A DNA stretch of 64,000 nt from an uncultured delta proteobacterium (GCA_963761335.1 CAVXGR010000018.1:224001-288000), one strand, 5' to 3'; positions 27,756 through 40,212 are shown, numbered from the stretch's first letter. Notes: generated by a model from the sequence alone, not told the origin. Made by a program: numbers and translations.

Positions 27756-28643
27756 ATGAGCGACGAACAGGCCCAACCGCCGCGCCAGCGCGGGCTGATT
27801 CTGCTGGTGCTCGGCGCCGCCGCCGGCATCGTGCTCGCCGCCGTTGGCCTCGGCGCCGGCAGCCATCGCGCCGAGGGGCTTCCGGAAGGCGCCGTTGCCC
27901 GGGTGAACGGCGAGATCATCCGCGCCGACGAGTATCAGCGGGTCGTCGAGGCGGTCGACAGCGATCGCCGCGAAGAGCTCGGCGAGAAGCAGCGCAAGCA
28001 GGTCCTCGACCGGCTCATCGACGAGGAGCTGTTGGTGCAGCGCGGTCTCGAGCTCGGCTTCGCCCGCAACGACCGCAAAGTGCGCGCCGACCTGACCTCG
28101 GCGGTGATCGCCTCGGTGGTGGGCGAGTACGACGACGTGACGCCTTCCGACACCGACCTGCAGGCCTTCTACGAGAAGAACCGGCAGTACTTCGCAGAGC
28201 CGCCGCGGCTGCGCGTGCGGCAGATCTACTTCCGCGCCGGCAACTCGGCGGCGGCGGAGGCGGCGCTGAAGCGGGCCCAAGAGGCGGTGCGCCGGCTGCA
28301 CCAGGGCGAGGACTTCGCCGCCGTGAGGCAGTCGGACAGCGACGCCGAGCTGGCGCCGATCCCGGATGCCCTGCTGCCGCCGGCGAAGCTGCGCGACTAC
28401 ATCGGCACCACGGCGCTGCGCACGGTGGAATCGCTCCAGGTCGGCGAGCCGAGCGCGCCGGTGCGCTCCGGCACCGGCTACCACGTGCTCGAGGTCGTCG
28501 AGCGCCAGGACGGCGGCGTGGCGCCGCTGGCGGACATCAAGTCAGAGGTGATCGCCGAGTACCGGCGCCGCGCCGGCGAGCGCGCCCTGCGGCGGTACCT
28601 CGACGACCTGCGCGCCGGCTCCGAGATCGCCATCGCTCCATGA
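27756..28643 (+). CDS. Parvulin/SurA-like peptidyl-prolyl isomerase
   Basis: TM anchor; VARVNGEII, LDRLIDEELLVQ, VRQIY, GEDFAAV, SAPVRSGTGYHV. Confidence 0.85.
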   Translation: MSDEQAQPPRQRGLILLVLGAAAGIVLAAVGLGAGSHRAEGLPEGAVARVNGEIIRADEYQRVVEAVDSDRREELGEKQRKQVLDRLIDEELLVQRGLELGFARNDRKVRADLTSAVIASVVGEYDDVTPSDTDLQAFYEKNRQYFAEPPRLRVRQIYFRAGNSAAAEAALKRAQEAVRRLHQGEDFAAVRQSDSDAELAPIPDALLPPAKLRDYIGTTALRTVESLQVGEPSAPVRSGTGYHVLEVVERQDGGVAPLADIKSEVIAEYRRRAGERALRRYLDDLRAGSEIAIAP

Positions 28644-29857
28644 GACGCGCCCTGCTTCTGGCCGCGGTCGTCCTCGCTCTCCTCGCGGGCGAAGCGGCGG
28701 CGCACCAGCGCAGCATCTCGTACTCCACCTGGGAGCTGCACGGGCGGGCGGCGCAGGTCACCGTGCGGCTTACCGAGCTCGACCTCTCCTGGCTGCCGTG
28801 GACCTCGCGTCCTGGTCACAGCAAGGACGAGGCGGTCGGAGACTACCTCGTGGAGCACCTGGCCCTGCTCGCCGGCGGGACGCCGTGCGCCGTCAGTCAT
28901 CCGCCGCGCCGCCTGCCGGCGCCGAGCGGCAAGGCGATCTACAGCTGGGGCATCGATTGCCCGCCGAGCGGTGCGCTCGCCATTCGCAGCGATATCCTCC
29001 TCGACCTGGTGCCCTCGCATCTGCACTTCGCACGGGTGCGCGCCGACGGCTCGCATCCGCTCGAGCGCGTCCTCTCCGAGGGGGAACGGGTCTGGCAGAT
29101 CGAGACGGCGGGCGGCGCCGGCGCGGCGAGCCCGCCGCGCGGAACCTCGCTGCTCAGCTACCTCGCCATGGGCGTCGGACACATCTGGACGGGATACGAT
29201 CACCTCGCCTTCCTGCTGGCGCTGCTCTTGTTTCGCAGCACCCTCGCCGAGGTGGCACGCGTGGTCACCGGCTTCACGCTCGCCCACAGCCTGACGTTGG
29301 CTCTCGCCACGCTCGGCTATCTGCGGCCGGATTCGGCGCCGATCGAGGCGCTCATCGGTCTCTCGATCGCCCTGGTCGCCGTGGAGAATCTCTGGCTTCT
29401 CGCCGGTCGCAATCGCCTGTTGCCGTGGATTTTGGCCGGCGTTCTCGCCTGCCTTGCCGGGATCGCCTTTGATGGCGTGGGCCGCGTCCCCGGCCTGACA
29501 CTGGGCGGTTTGGCGCTGTTCACCCTGTGCTACTTCGGGTTGCTGGAGAACGTCAGCCGTCCCGGTCGCCTGCGGTGGTTCGTCGCCTTCATCTTCGGAC
29601 TGGTGCACGGCTTCGGCTTCGCCGGCGTCCTCGCCGAGGCGCGCCTCCCGGCAGACCGGCTGGCACACGCGCTGCTTGGCTTCAATCTCGGCGTCGAGGT
29701 GGGGCAGCTGGCCGTCGTTCTCGCCGCCTGGCCGGTGCTTCTCCTCGCCGCACGCGCCGATCGCGGCCGCGCGCAGGGGGCGATCTTCGAGACCGGCTCG
29801 GCCGCGGTGCTCGCCCTCGGTCTATTCTGGTTCGTCACCCGCGCCTACGGCGGGTAA
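28640..29857 (+). CDS. HupE/UreJ family protein (periplasmic domain plus HupE_UreJ_2 membrane domain)
   Basis: Signal ending AAAH; GVGHIWTGYDHLAFLL, FTLAHSLTL, IEALIGLSI, FGLVHGFGFAG, FNLGVEVGQL. Confidence 0.88.
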   Translation: MRRALLLAAVVLALLAGEAAAHQRSISYSTWELHGRAAQVTVRLTELDLSWLPWTSRPGHSKDEAVGDYLVEHLALLAGGTPCAVSHPPRRLPAPSGKAIYSWGIDCPPSGALAIRSDILLDLVPSHLHFARVRADGSHPLERVLSEGERVWQIETAGGAGAASPPRGTSLLSYLAMGVGHIWTGYDHLAFLLALLLFRSTLAEVARVVTGFTLAHSLTLALATLGYLRPDSAPIEALIGLSIALVAVENLWLLAGRNRLLPWILAGVLACLAGIAFDGVGRVPGLTLGGLALFTLCYFGLLENVSRPGRLRWFVAFIFGLVHGFGFAGVLAEARLPADRLAHALLGFNLGVEVGQLAVVLAAWPVLLLAARADRGRAQGAIFETGSAAVLALGLFWFVTRAYGG

Positions 29858-29889
29858 CGCCAGAGGCGGGCAATGGGTCCCCATGTTAC

Positions 29890-30030
29890 CCATTCTCATT
29901 TTCCCGGTCCTCATCCCGTCGTCTTCCATTCGCTCTGACAGCTGCGGGACGGCCCAGAGCCGTTCGGCGTCACCGCGACTCGCAGGACAATGGAAAACGA
30001 CGGGATGAGGACCGGGAATGAGAATGGATA
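29890..30030. repeat. About 140-bp palindromic element (ATGGAAAACGACGGGATGAG family), copy 1
   Basis: ccattctcattttcccggtcctcatcccgtcg ... cgacgggatgaggaccgggaatgagaatgg; also 37551-37700 and a half copy at 54257. Confidence 0.85.
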
Positions 30031-30055
30031 ATCGAGAACAGACGCCGCTTCTATT

Positions 30056-30196
30056 CTACTTGCTGCGCCAGTAGAGAAAGGCGGCGGCCAGGACGGCGCC
30101 GGTGACCGCTGGCAGGGGCGGAGCGCCGAACCAGATCAGGGCGCAGACCACCGCGATGAGAGCGCTGGCGGCGATGGATTTAGTCGACGTCGTCAT
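30056..30196 (-). CDS. 46-aa membrane microprotein
   Basis: MTTSTKSIAASALIAVVCALIWFGAPPLPAVTGAVLAAAFLYWRSK; TGATG coupling to the upstream ORF; below the ORF-track cutoff. Confidence 0.65.
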   Translation of the reverse strand: MTTSTKSIAASALIAVVCALIWFGAPPLPAVTGAVLAAAFLYWRSK

Positions 30197-30750
30197 CACA
30201 GGTCCTTTTCCTCATGGAACTCGCCGCGTCGGTCGATGCGCGCACGCGTCGGCAAGCGCCGCAGGCGCTCCAGTGGAGACAGCTGCCAGGCGCCGCCCTG
30301 GCGCTGCAGGAGGTGCTTCGCCTGCGCGGCGGTGGCGCTGGTGGAGAGCAGCTGCAGCTCGACGTCGGGTGCGTGCACCGGATGCGTCCATACCTTCAGG
30401 GACGCCTCGGTGGTTTCCGGTGCCGCCTCCCAGACGGCTTCCAGAACGCGAACGGCGTCGGCGAAGAGCTGCTCGGCAAAGGCGGCCTCGCGGTCGACGG
30501 GACCGCGTCGGGCGCTGCCGGGAAACATGGGTCGGGCATAGACCTCGACCTCCACCCGACCGCCAATGGCGAGCAGCCGCCGGATCTCCATCGATGAGCT
30601 GCCCCGATAGAGAAAGGCGCCGTCGATGCGGCGCCGGATGGCAGTGCTCGCGTCAGCTCCCCCGCGTCGGAGGAGACGGGAGAGCCATCGCGGGCGCGGG
30701 GCGCCCGGCGAATCGCCGGGCGCCCGCGGTTGCAGGGACTGAACGGTCAT
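30196..30750 (-). CDS. Hypothetical protein downstream of amtB
   Basis: ATG 2 bp after the amtB stop; 184 aa; no family recognised. Confidence 0.6.
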   Translation of the reverse strand: MTVQSLQPRAPGDSPGAPRPRWLSRLLRRGGADASTAIRRRIDGAFLYRGSSSMEIRRLLAIGGRVEVEVYARPMFPGSARRGPVDREAAFAEQLFADAVRVLEAVWEAAPETTEASLKVWTHPVHAPDVELQLLSTSATAAQAKHLLQRQGGAWQLSPLERLRRLPTRARIDRRGEFHEEKDL

Positions 30751-30752
30751 GC

Positions 30753-32378
30753 CTAGCGCAGCGAGGTTCCGCTCGACTCGTAGGCCAGGTTGAAGTCGGG
30801 GTAGGCGAGGGCGCCGACCTCGGGGAGGTCGAGGCCTTCGATCTCGACCTCGGGGGCCACGCGGATACCCCAGATCGCGTCGCACACCTTGAAGAAGACG
30901 TAAAAGGAGACGAACACGAAGACGATGCAGACGATCGAGCCGACGCACTGGGCGAAGAACTGGGAGAAGTCTCCGTAGAGCAGGCCGCGCACGGGACCCT
31001 CAACGCCGTTCCAGCCGTCGCCGTAGGTGCCGTCGGCGAAGATACCGACGCTGAGCACGCCCCAGATGCCGTTCACGCCGTGGACGGAGACCGCGCCGAC
31101 CGGATCGTCGATCTGCAGGGTCTGATCGATGTAGATGACCGATACGCAGACGAGGACGCCGGCAATGGCGCCGATGACGAAGGCGCTGACGCTGTTGACG
31201 AAGGCGCAGGGAGCGGTGATTGCCACCAAGCCGGCGAGCATGCCGTTGGCGGTCATGCTCGGATCCGGCTTGCCGGTCTTCGACCATATGTACGCCATGG
31301 CTGCCAGCGCGCCGCTGGCGGAGGCCAGCATGGTATTGACCGCGATCACCGAGATGCGCAGATCGGTACCGGAAAGCGTGCTGCCCGGGTTGAAGCCGAA
31401 CCAACCGAAGGCGAGGATGAAGGTGCCGAGCAACGCCATGGGGATGTCGTGGCCGGGAATGGCGACCGATTTCCCTTCCTTCGTGTACTTGCCGATGCGC
31501 GGTCCGATCACCATCGCGCCGGCGAGGGCGGCCACGCCGCCGACGGCGTGCACCACCGAGCTTCCGGCGAAGTCCACGTGACCGTGCCCGAGACCGAAGT
31601 TCGTCCCCAGCCCCGAGAGCCAGCCACCACCCCATACCCAGTTGGCGAAGATCGGGTACACGAACATCGACATGAAGAAGCCGAAGAGACAGAAGTTGGT
31701 GAACTTCCAGCGCTCGGCCATGCCGCCCGTGGGAATCGTGGCGGCGGTGTCCATGAACACCATCTGGAAGAGGAACAGGCAGAAGACGCCGACGTCATAG
31801 GTGCTGCCGCTGAGGAAGAATCCCTTCATGCCGAACAGTCCGAAGCTGTGGCCGAAGAGCGAGATGGATGCCTCCGCGTCGAGCGGCGGTGTGCCGCCCA
31901 GCGCCGCCACGCCGCCGACGCCGCCCATCTGCAGGGCATAGCCGCAGATCCAGTAGCCGGTCATACCGACGACGTAGACGGTGAAGTTCATCATCATCGT
32001 CTCGGCGGCGTTCTTGGCGCGCGTGAAGCCGGTCTCAACGAAGGCGAAGCCGGCCTGCATGAACATGACCAGGAACCCGGTGAACAGCGTCCAGACGAAG
32101 TTGATGGCGATCTTGTTGTGACCGACCATCTCGGCGACTTCCTGCAGAGTGGGATTGCCTGCTGACGCCGCGGTGACGTCGTTGATGGTACCCGTCGCCG
32201 CGCCGCTGGGATCGCCCGGGCCGGCGATCGCGAAGTGGGCCGTGAGCAGCACGGCTGCCATTGCGGCTAGCACGCATCCGGCGCGAAGCCAGGCGAGACG
32301 CGGCGAGCGGTCCGGAGACCTGGCGATCACGGCGTGATTGCTCGCGATCAACTCATCTACGCTCTCGTGGTTCGACAT
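30753..32378 (-). CDS. amtB: Ammonium transporter
   Basis: FMQAGFAFVE, FQMVF, AERWK, DFAGSSVVH, GWFGFNPGS, NGMLAGLVAIT, DDPVGAVSVHG. Confidence 0.95.
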   Translation of the reverse strand: MSNHESVDELIASNHAVIARSPDRSPRLAWLRAGCVLAAMAAVLLTAHFAIAGPGDPSGAATGTINDVTAASAGNPTLQEVAEMVGHNKIAINFVWTLFTGFLVMFMQAGFAFVETGFTRAKNAAETMMMNFTVYVVGMTGYWICGYALQMGGVGGVAALGGTPPLDAEASISLFGHSFGLFGMKGFFLSGSTYDVGVFCLFLFQMVFMDTAATIPTGGMAERWKFTNFCLFGFFMSMFVYPIFANWVWGGGWLSGLGTNFGLGHGHVDFAGSSVVHAVGGVAALAGAMVIGPRIGKYTKEGKSVAIPGHDIPMALLGTFILAFGWFGFNPGSTLSGTDLRISVIAVNTMLASASGALAAMAYIWSKTGKPDPSMTANGMLAGLVAITAPCAFVNSVSAFVIGAIAGVLVCVSVIYIDQTLQIDDPVGAVSVHGVNGIWGVLSVGIFADGTYGDGWNGVEGPVRGLLYGDFSQFFAQCVGSIVCIVFVFVSFYVFFKVCDAIWGIRVAPEVEIEGLDLPEVGALAYPDFNLAYESSGTSLR

Positions 32379-32460
32379 CGCACACAACTCCTCTCGTGGG
32401 CGCACACGGATTCTCTTTGATCGCTCGTGTGCGACTCGCCTCGTCTGCGGACGGGCAGAT

Positions 32461-32985
<525 letters not shown>

Positions 32986-33345
32986 TCAGCCCGGAAGGGA
33001 CCGGCGGCGATGGAGCTCGCCGGCGAGCGCGGCGGTCTCGCGGAAGAGGCCGGCCGTCGCCTGGACGGCTGTGTCGAGCTCCTCGACAGTGGCCCCGGGC
33101 GCTGCGGCGATCTCGCGAACGCGGCGACCAAAGGCCCGGGGTGCCTGCGTGAAGGCGTCGATCTCGTCGAGCGCCGTCTTGTTGTTAAGAAGGTAGGTGC
33201 GGTTCAGCGCGAAGAGGACGAGGACGAGCGAATGCATGGCGCGGGCGAGGCAAGCGGCCGTCATGAAGGGGTCAGCGCGTGCCGCGAACTTGCGCGCGAA
33301 GGCGGCGACGGCGAACTCCGCCTCCCAGAGGTGATCCTGGACGCG
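32986..33345 (-). pseudogene. 5'-truncated remnant, possibly the C-terminal half of a nucleotidyltransferase-domain protein
   Basis: Open frame RVQDHLWEAEFAVAAFARKFAARADPFMTAACLARAMHSLVLVLFALNRTYLLNNKTALDEI with no credible N-terminal half. Confidence 0.5.
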
Positions 33346-33474
33346 CTGCCCGTCACAGCAGGGCCAGACAGCTGGTGCATTGAGTACTCCTGCTGACTCC
33401 TGCGCGGCCTGCCTGTCAAGAGCAACTCCTGAGGTTGCTCGGGTTGCCGCATGTGTAGCGCCTCACTGCTCGCT

Positions 33475-33491
33475 TGCCGAAGAACTAGGCA
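33475..33491. promoter_or_regulatory. Putative NtrC-type enhancer site
   Basis: TGCCGAAGAACTAGGCA, a 17-bp TGCC...GGCA palindrome 64 bp before the sigma54 site. Confidence 0.45.
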
Positions 33492-33554
33492 CGGCGAGCC
33501 AAGGGGCACGTCTCGAGTGGCGACAGATTGTGTTGGCTGAGACTCATCCGTCGA

Positions 33555-33570
33555 TGGCACCGCGGTTGCT
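33555..33570 (+). promoter_or_regulatory. Sigma54 -24/-12 promoter for the second amt gene
   Basis: TGGCAC-CGCGG-TTGCT, matching the consensus TGGCAC-N5-TTGCW. Confidence 0.88.
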
Positions 33571-33634
33571 GGGGGTACCGCGAAACGGCAGCTCGCCGGT
33601 TCAAAACAATTCGTCAGAATACAGGAGGGAGAGA

Positions 33635-35083
33635 ATGAGAGAGAGAAATCCGATTCGCCGAGTCTGGCTGGTGGGGCTGCTGCTCCTGGTGGCCTCGACC
33701 GCGCGAGCACAGGAAGGAGCCGAGGCGGCGGTTGTGTTTGACCCGGTGCTTGCCGACACGCTGTGGACGGTGCTCACCGCAGTTCTGGTGTTCTTCATGC
33801 AGGCCGGATTCGCGATGGTGGAAGGTGGCCTGACGCGAGCGAAGAACGCGTCCAACATCATGATGAAGAACCTCATGGACTTCTGCATGGGGTCGATCGC
33901 CTATTGGGCCGTAGGCTTCGCTATCATGTTCGGCGCCGGAAACGCGTTCTTCGGCTCGAGCGGCTTCTTCCTGCACGACTCGGGGGGCACCTTCGCCTCT
34001 CTCGACTGGACCAAGGTTCCGCTGGAGTGCAAGTACTTCTTCCAGCTCGTCTTCGCGGCCACGGCGGCGACCATCGTGTCCGGCGCCATGGCCGAGCGCA
34101 CCAAGTTCTCCGCCTACCTGGTCTACAGCTTCATCGTCAGCCTGGTCATTTATCCGATCGTCGGTCACTGGATCTGGGGCGGCGGCTGGCTGGCGTCGTT
34201 CGGAATGTGGGACTTTGCCGGCTCGACCGTGGTTCACTCGACCGGCGGATGGCTGGCCCTGGCGGGCGCCGCCGTGCTCGGCCCGCGCCTCGGGAAGTAC
34301 GACAAAGACGGCAAGGCGCGGCCGATCCTCGGCCACAATATGCCGATGGCGGCGCTGGGCGTGTTCATCCTCTGGTTCGGGTGGTTCGGCTTCAATCCGG
34401 GCAGCACCATGGCGGCCACCGCCTCGATTGCGCACATTGCGACTACCACCAACCTCGCCGCCGCGGCCGGCTCGATCGCCGCGATGTTCACGGCCTGGTA
34501 CATGTTCGGAAAGCCCGACACCAGCATGGCGCTGAACGGTGCGCTGGCGGGCCTGGTCGCGATCACCGCTCCCTGCGCCTTTGTCTCGGCGAGCAGCTCG
34601 ATCATCATCGGTCTCATCGCCGGCGTGGTCGTGGTTCTTGCCGTGACCTTCATCGAGCACACGCTCAAGATCGACGATCCGGTCGGGGCGGTCTCCGTCC
34701 ACGGCGTCTGCGGCGCGCTGGGAACCATCCTTCTGGGATTCTTCGCGCAGGATCAGTTCAGCCCCGGGACGACGGGCGACGGCCTGCTGTTCGGCGGCGG
34801 CTTCCACCTGCTGATCTCGCAGGTGACGGGAGCCTTCGCGGTTTTCGCTTGGTGCATGATCACCGGCTTTGCCCTCTTCGCGGTGATCAAGGCGACCATG
34901 GGCCTCCGCGTGTCGGCGGACGAAGAGATCGACGGTCTCGACATCCACGAGCACGGCAGCCCGGCCTATCCGGACTTCCAGCCCGTCTCCGATCACATTC
35001 CTCCGACCTCCTCCGGCGGCGGCACGCCGTCGGGAATGCCGCGGCCCGCGTACGCTGCCAGCGCCAAGGCCGTAGCCGGATAG
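33635..35083 (+). CDS. amtB: Ammonium transporter, second paralog
   Basis: RBS AGGAGG; signal peptide; FMQAGFAMVEGG, DFAGSTVVH, GWFGFNPGS, DDPVGAVSVHG. Confidence 0.95.
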   Translation: MRERNPIRRVWLVGLLLLVASTARAQEGAEAAVVFDPVLADTLWTVLTAVLVFFMQAGFAMVEGGLTRAKNASNIMMKNLMDFCMGSIAYWAVGFAIMFGAGNAFFGSSGFFLHDSGGTFASLDWTKVPLECKYFFQLVFAATAATIVSGAMAERTKFSAYLVYSFIVSLVIYPIVGHWIWGGGWLASFGMWDFAGSTVVHSTGGWLALAGAAVLGPRLGKYDKDGKARPILGHNMPMAALGVFILWFGWFGFNPGSTMAATASIAHIATTTNLAAAAGSIAAMFTAWYMFGKPDTSMALNGALAGLVAITAPCAFVSASSSIIIGLIAGVVVVLAVTFIEHTLKIDDPVGAVSVHGVCGALGTILLGFFAQDQFSPGTTGDGLLFGGGFHLLISQVTGAFAVFAWCMITGFALFAVIKATMGLRVSADEEIDGLDIHEHGSPAYPDFQPVSDHIPPTSSGGGTPSGMPRPAYAASAKAVAG

Positions 35084-35139
35084 CGAGACGCAACCCCGCC
35101 GCAGACGGTGCCCCCCTTTCGCCCTTGCTGCGGTGGGGA

Positions 35140-35204
35140 TGAAGCCCCGCCCTCGAACCGTGTTCCCGCGGCTTCGAGGGCGGGGCGTTTCACTCCCGCC
35201 TTTC
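35140..35204 (+). terminator. Possible terminator or palindromic element after amt
   Basis: cccgccctcgaa ... ttcgagggcgggg stem followed by short T runs. Confidence 0.4.
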
Positions 35205-35268
35205 ACTTCCCCCTGCTGACTTCCCCTGGACTCCCCCGTCCCTTCGCTCGTATACAGGGAACGGGGGA

Positions 35269-37521
<2,253 letters not shown>

Positions 37522-37550
37522 AGTGAAGGCTCAGGAAAGCTCCCGCTCTG

Positions 37551-37700
37551 CCCGGTTCTCCATTCTCATCCTCGGTTCTCATCCCGTCGTTTTCCATCCG
37601 CTCTGACCGCCGCGGGGACCCCAACGGCTCTGCTTTCGCTTCGGCGACCCGCGGAACAATGGAAAACGACGGGATGAGAACCGGGGATGAGAATGAGAAT
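37551..37700. repeat. Palindromic element (ATGGAAAACGACGGGATGAG family), copy 2
   Basis: ccattctcatcctcggttctcatcccgtcgttttccat ... atggaaaacgacgggatgagaaccggggatgagaatg, between convergent genes. Confidence 0.85.
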
Positions 37701-37735
37701 GTCGAAGACTCGAAGACGCTACTCGTCCTCGATAG

Positions 37736-38227
37736 TCAGGTCGCAGGGATACGCCGGCGCCCGGTGGCGAGCAGGAAGAGCAGCATCCCACAGACGAGCG
37801 CCGCGTCGGCGAGATTGAAGATACCGGTGTGCACGCCGCCGATCCCGAGGCGCACGAAGTCGCGCACGATGCCGTAGCTGACGCGATCGATGAGGTTGCC
37901 GAGGCCGCCGCCGAAGATCATGCCCATGGCGCTCACCTGCAATGCCGTGGCGCCGCGGTCGGCGAGAACGTAGACCGCCATACCGACGAGAGCACCCGCG
38001 GACAGCACCACGAAGAGAAAGAATCGCACCTCAGCCGACAGCCCGGCGCCCAGGCTGAGAAAGGCGCCCGAGTTCTCCACGTAGGAGAGGTGGAGGAGCC
38101 CGCCGAGAAGCGGTAGCGGCGGCTGGCCGGCGAGCCGCTGCGCCGCGATGGTCTTGGCGGTCAGATCGCAGCCGGCGCAGGCGCTGAGCACGATGCCGGT
38201 GAGCAGAACCTTCGACCAGAATCGCAT
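37736..38227 (-). CDS. lspA: Lipoprotein signal peptidase II
   Basis: ENSGAFLSL, GGGLGNLIDR, VRDF, IFNLAD. Confidence 0.92.
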   Translation of the reverse strand: MRFWSKVLLTGIVLSACAGCDLTAKTIAAQRLAGQPPLPLLGGLLHLSYVENSGAFLSLGAGLSAEVRFFLFVVLSAGALVGMAVYVLADRGATALQVSAMGMIFGGGLGNLIDRVSYGIVRDFVRLGIGGVHTGIFNLADAALVCGMLLFLLATGRRRIPAT

Positions 38228-38353
38228 CGACTGTCGCTTTTACGCGCCGCCGGTATCCCCGTCAATCGGGGAGGGCGGCCATCCTGGCCGCAAGCCCGGG
38301 CCGTGCTTTCAGGTTTGCGAGCCGTTCGCGGGGGCCGCTATACTCCTCTGGCT

Positions 38354-39748
38354 TTGCAGGCGAAAGCGGGACATCTCGGGGCTGTCATCCTGGCGGCGGG
38401 CAAGGGGACGCGCATGCGTTCGTCGCTGCCGAAGGTGGCGCATCGGCTCGCCGGGCGGCCGCTGATCGAGTATCCGCTGCGCGCCGTGCGGCGCCTCGGC
38501 GCCGATCCGGTGGTGGTCGTCGTCGGCCACGGGGCGGATCTGGTGCGCGCCGCCTGCGCCGGCTTCGAGGCCCGCTTCGCCGTCCAGGAGCAGCAGCGCG
38601 GCACCGGACACGCCGCTCTCTGCGCCCTGCCGCAGCTCGCCGGATATCGCGGCGAGGTGCTGCTGCTCTACGGCGACCTGCCGCGTCTCTCGGCGGAGAC
38701 ACTCGGCCATCTGGTGGAGAGCCACCGGCAGGCGGGGGCGGCGCTGTCGCTGCTGACGGCGCGTCTCGCCGATCCCTTCGGCTATGGCCGTATCGTGCGC
38801 GGCGGCGACGGACGGATCGTCGCCATCGTCGAGCAGCGCGATGCCTCTCCCGAGGAGCGCGCCATCGACGAGGTGAACGTGGGCATCTACTGCGCCGATG
38901 CCGAGTTTCTCGCCGGCGTGCTGCCGCGGCTGCGCCCGGAGAATGCCCAGAACGAGCTGTATCTCACGGATGTCGTTGCCTTGGCCGTGGCCGACGGCAA
39001 GCGGGTCGCCGACGCGGCCACGCCGCCGCACGAGGTGGCGCAGGTGAACTGGCGAGGAGAGCTGGCGGAAATGGAAAAGACCCTGCGGGCGGACAAGAAC
39101 CGCCAGCTGATGGAGAGCGGAGTCACCCTCGAGGATCCGGAGACGGCGTACGTCGACGCCGATGTCGAGATTGGCGCCGATACGGTGATTGGGCCAAACG
39201 TGCAGCTGCGCGGCCGCACCCGCATCGGCGAGCGCTGCCGCATCGACGGTACCGTCATCCTTCGCGATGCCCACATCGGCGACGACGTGCATCTGAAGCT
39301 CGGCGTGGTCATCGAGGACGCCGAGGTGGGCGCCGGATCCGAGATCGGCCCCTTTGCCCACCTGCGCACCGGGACGGTTCTCGCCGAGCGCGTCGTCATC
39401 GGCAACTTCGTCGAGACCAAGAAGGCGCGCCTCGGCAGCCGCTCCAAAGCGCGCCACCTCGCCTACCTCGGCGACGTCGAGGTCGGCAGCGAGAGCAACG
39501 TCGGCGCCGGCACCATCACCTGCAACTACGACGGCTTCCGCAAGCACCCGACGCGCATCGGCAGCCGCGTCATGATCGGCAGCGACTCGCAGCTGGTGGC
39601 CCCGGTGACCGTCGGTGACGACGCCTACATCGCCTCGGGAACCACGGTGATGAAGGACGTCCCCGCCGGTGCTCTGGCCTTCAACAGCAAGACCCAGCTC
39701 AGCCGGGAAGGTTGGGTCGCCGCTCGCCGGAAGAAAGAGAAAGAATAG
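38354..39748 (+). CDS. glmU: Bifunctional UDP-GlcNAc pyrophosphorylase / GlcN-1-P acetyltransferase
   Basis: ILAAGKGTRMRS, GTGHA, GYGRI, ELYLTD, GPFAHLR, GNFVETK, GAGTITCNYDG; start uncertain (TTG). Confidence 0.96.
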   Translation: MQAKAGHLGAVILAAGKGTRMRSSLPKVAHRLAGRPLIEYPLRAVRRLGADPVVVVVGHGADLVRAACAGFEARFAVQEQQRGTGHAALCALPQLAGYRGEVLLLYGDLPRLSAETLGHLVESHRQAGAALSLLTARLADPFGYGRIVRGGDGRIVAIVEQRDASPEERAIDEVNVGIYCADAEFLAGVLPRLRPENAQNELYLTDVVALAVADGKRVADAATPPHEVAQVNWRGELAEMEKTLRADKNRQLMESGVTLEDPETAYVDADVEIGADTVIGPNVQLRGRTRIGERCRIDGTVILRDAHIGDDVHLKLGVVIEDAEVGAGSEIGPFAHLRTGTVLAERVVIGNFVETKKARLGSRSKARHLAYLGDVEVGSESNVGAGTITCNYDGFRKHPTRIGSRVMIGSDSQLVAPVTVGDDAYIASGTTVMKDVPAGALAFNSKTQLSREGWVAARRKKEKE

Positions 39749-39875
39749 TTTCTCGGTGGCTCGGTTATCGGGTTCGCGGGGTATCGGGTTTCGTAGCGCC
39801 GCTCAGGGCCCGCCCCTTCCGGGGATCCCACAACCCGAAAACCCGACAACTCGATAACCGAGCCACCGAGCCACT
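39747..39875. repeat. Inverted repeat of 8-bp periodic units (CTCGGTGG/CGGGTTAT family)
   Basis: ctcggtggctcggttatcgggtt ... aactcgataaccgagccaccgag; close relative at 49848-49930. Confidence 0.8.
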
Positions 39876-39936
39876 GCTGGGTGGTGTCTAAGTTGCCGAC
39901 CCGACCTTCCTGTTGTGCTTCCCCGGCTCGGGGAAA

Positions 39937-40086
39937 GGTCTCCTCTCCCCGCATTCTTTTTCGCGGGGAGAGGATCAAGGTGAGGGGTCCCTTTCTCACT
40001 GAAAGTCTATGATTTCTGCGACGTTCAAAGAGATCGGCGCCCTCACCCTGGCCCTCTCCCGCGAGAAGATGCGGGAGAGGGAACCC
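39937..40086. repeat. About 150-bp composite palindromic element, copy 2
   Basis: ctctccccgc...gcggggagaggatcaaggtgagggg ... ccctcaccctggccctctcccgc...gcgggagaggg. Confidence 0.85.
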
Positions 40087-40212
40087 GCGCTCGCACCGTC
40101 GTGAAGACAACCGCAGTCGCTGTCATTGGGGCATGTTCCCCGACTTGGGACAGTACTCACTGCTGCCCCCGCTTTGCCATAGCTTCAGGCGGCCGCTATA
40201 AGCGGAGTTGGC

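Noticed and set aside
28640..29857. HupE protein as nickel supplier for the hyf-like operon
   Set aside because: It lies 17 kb away in a different cluster, and the complex has no Ni site
39750..40212. FMN riboswitch upstream of ribB
   Set aside because: No RFN consensus recognised; the structure is explained by two repeat families. An Rfam scan would be decisive
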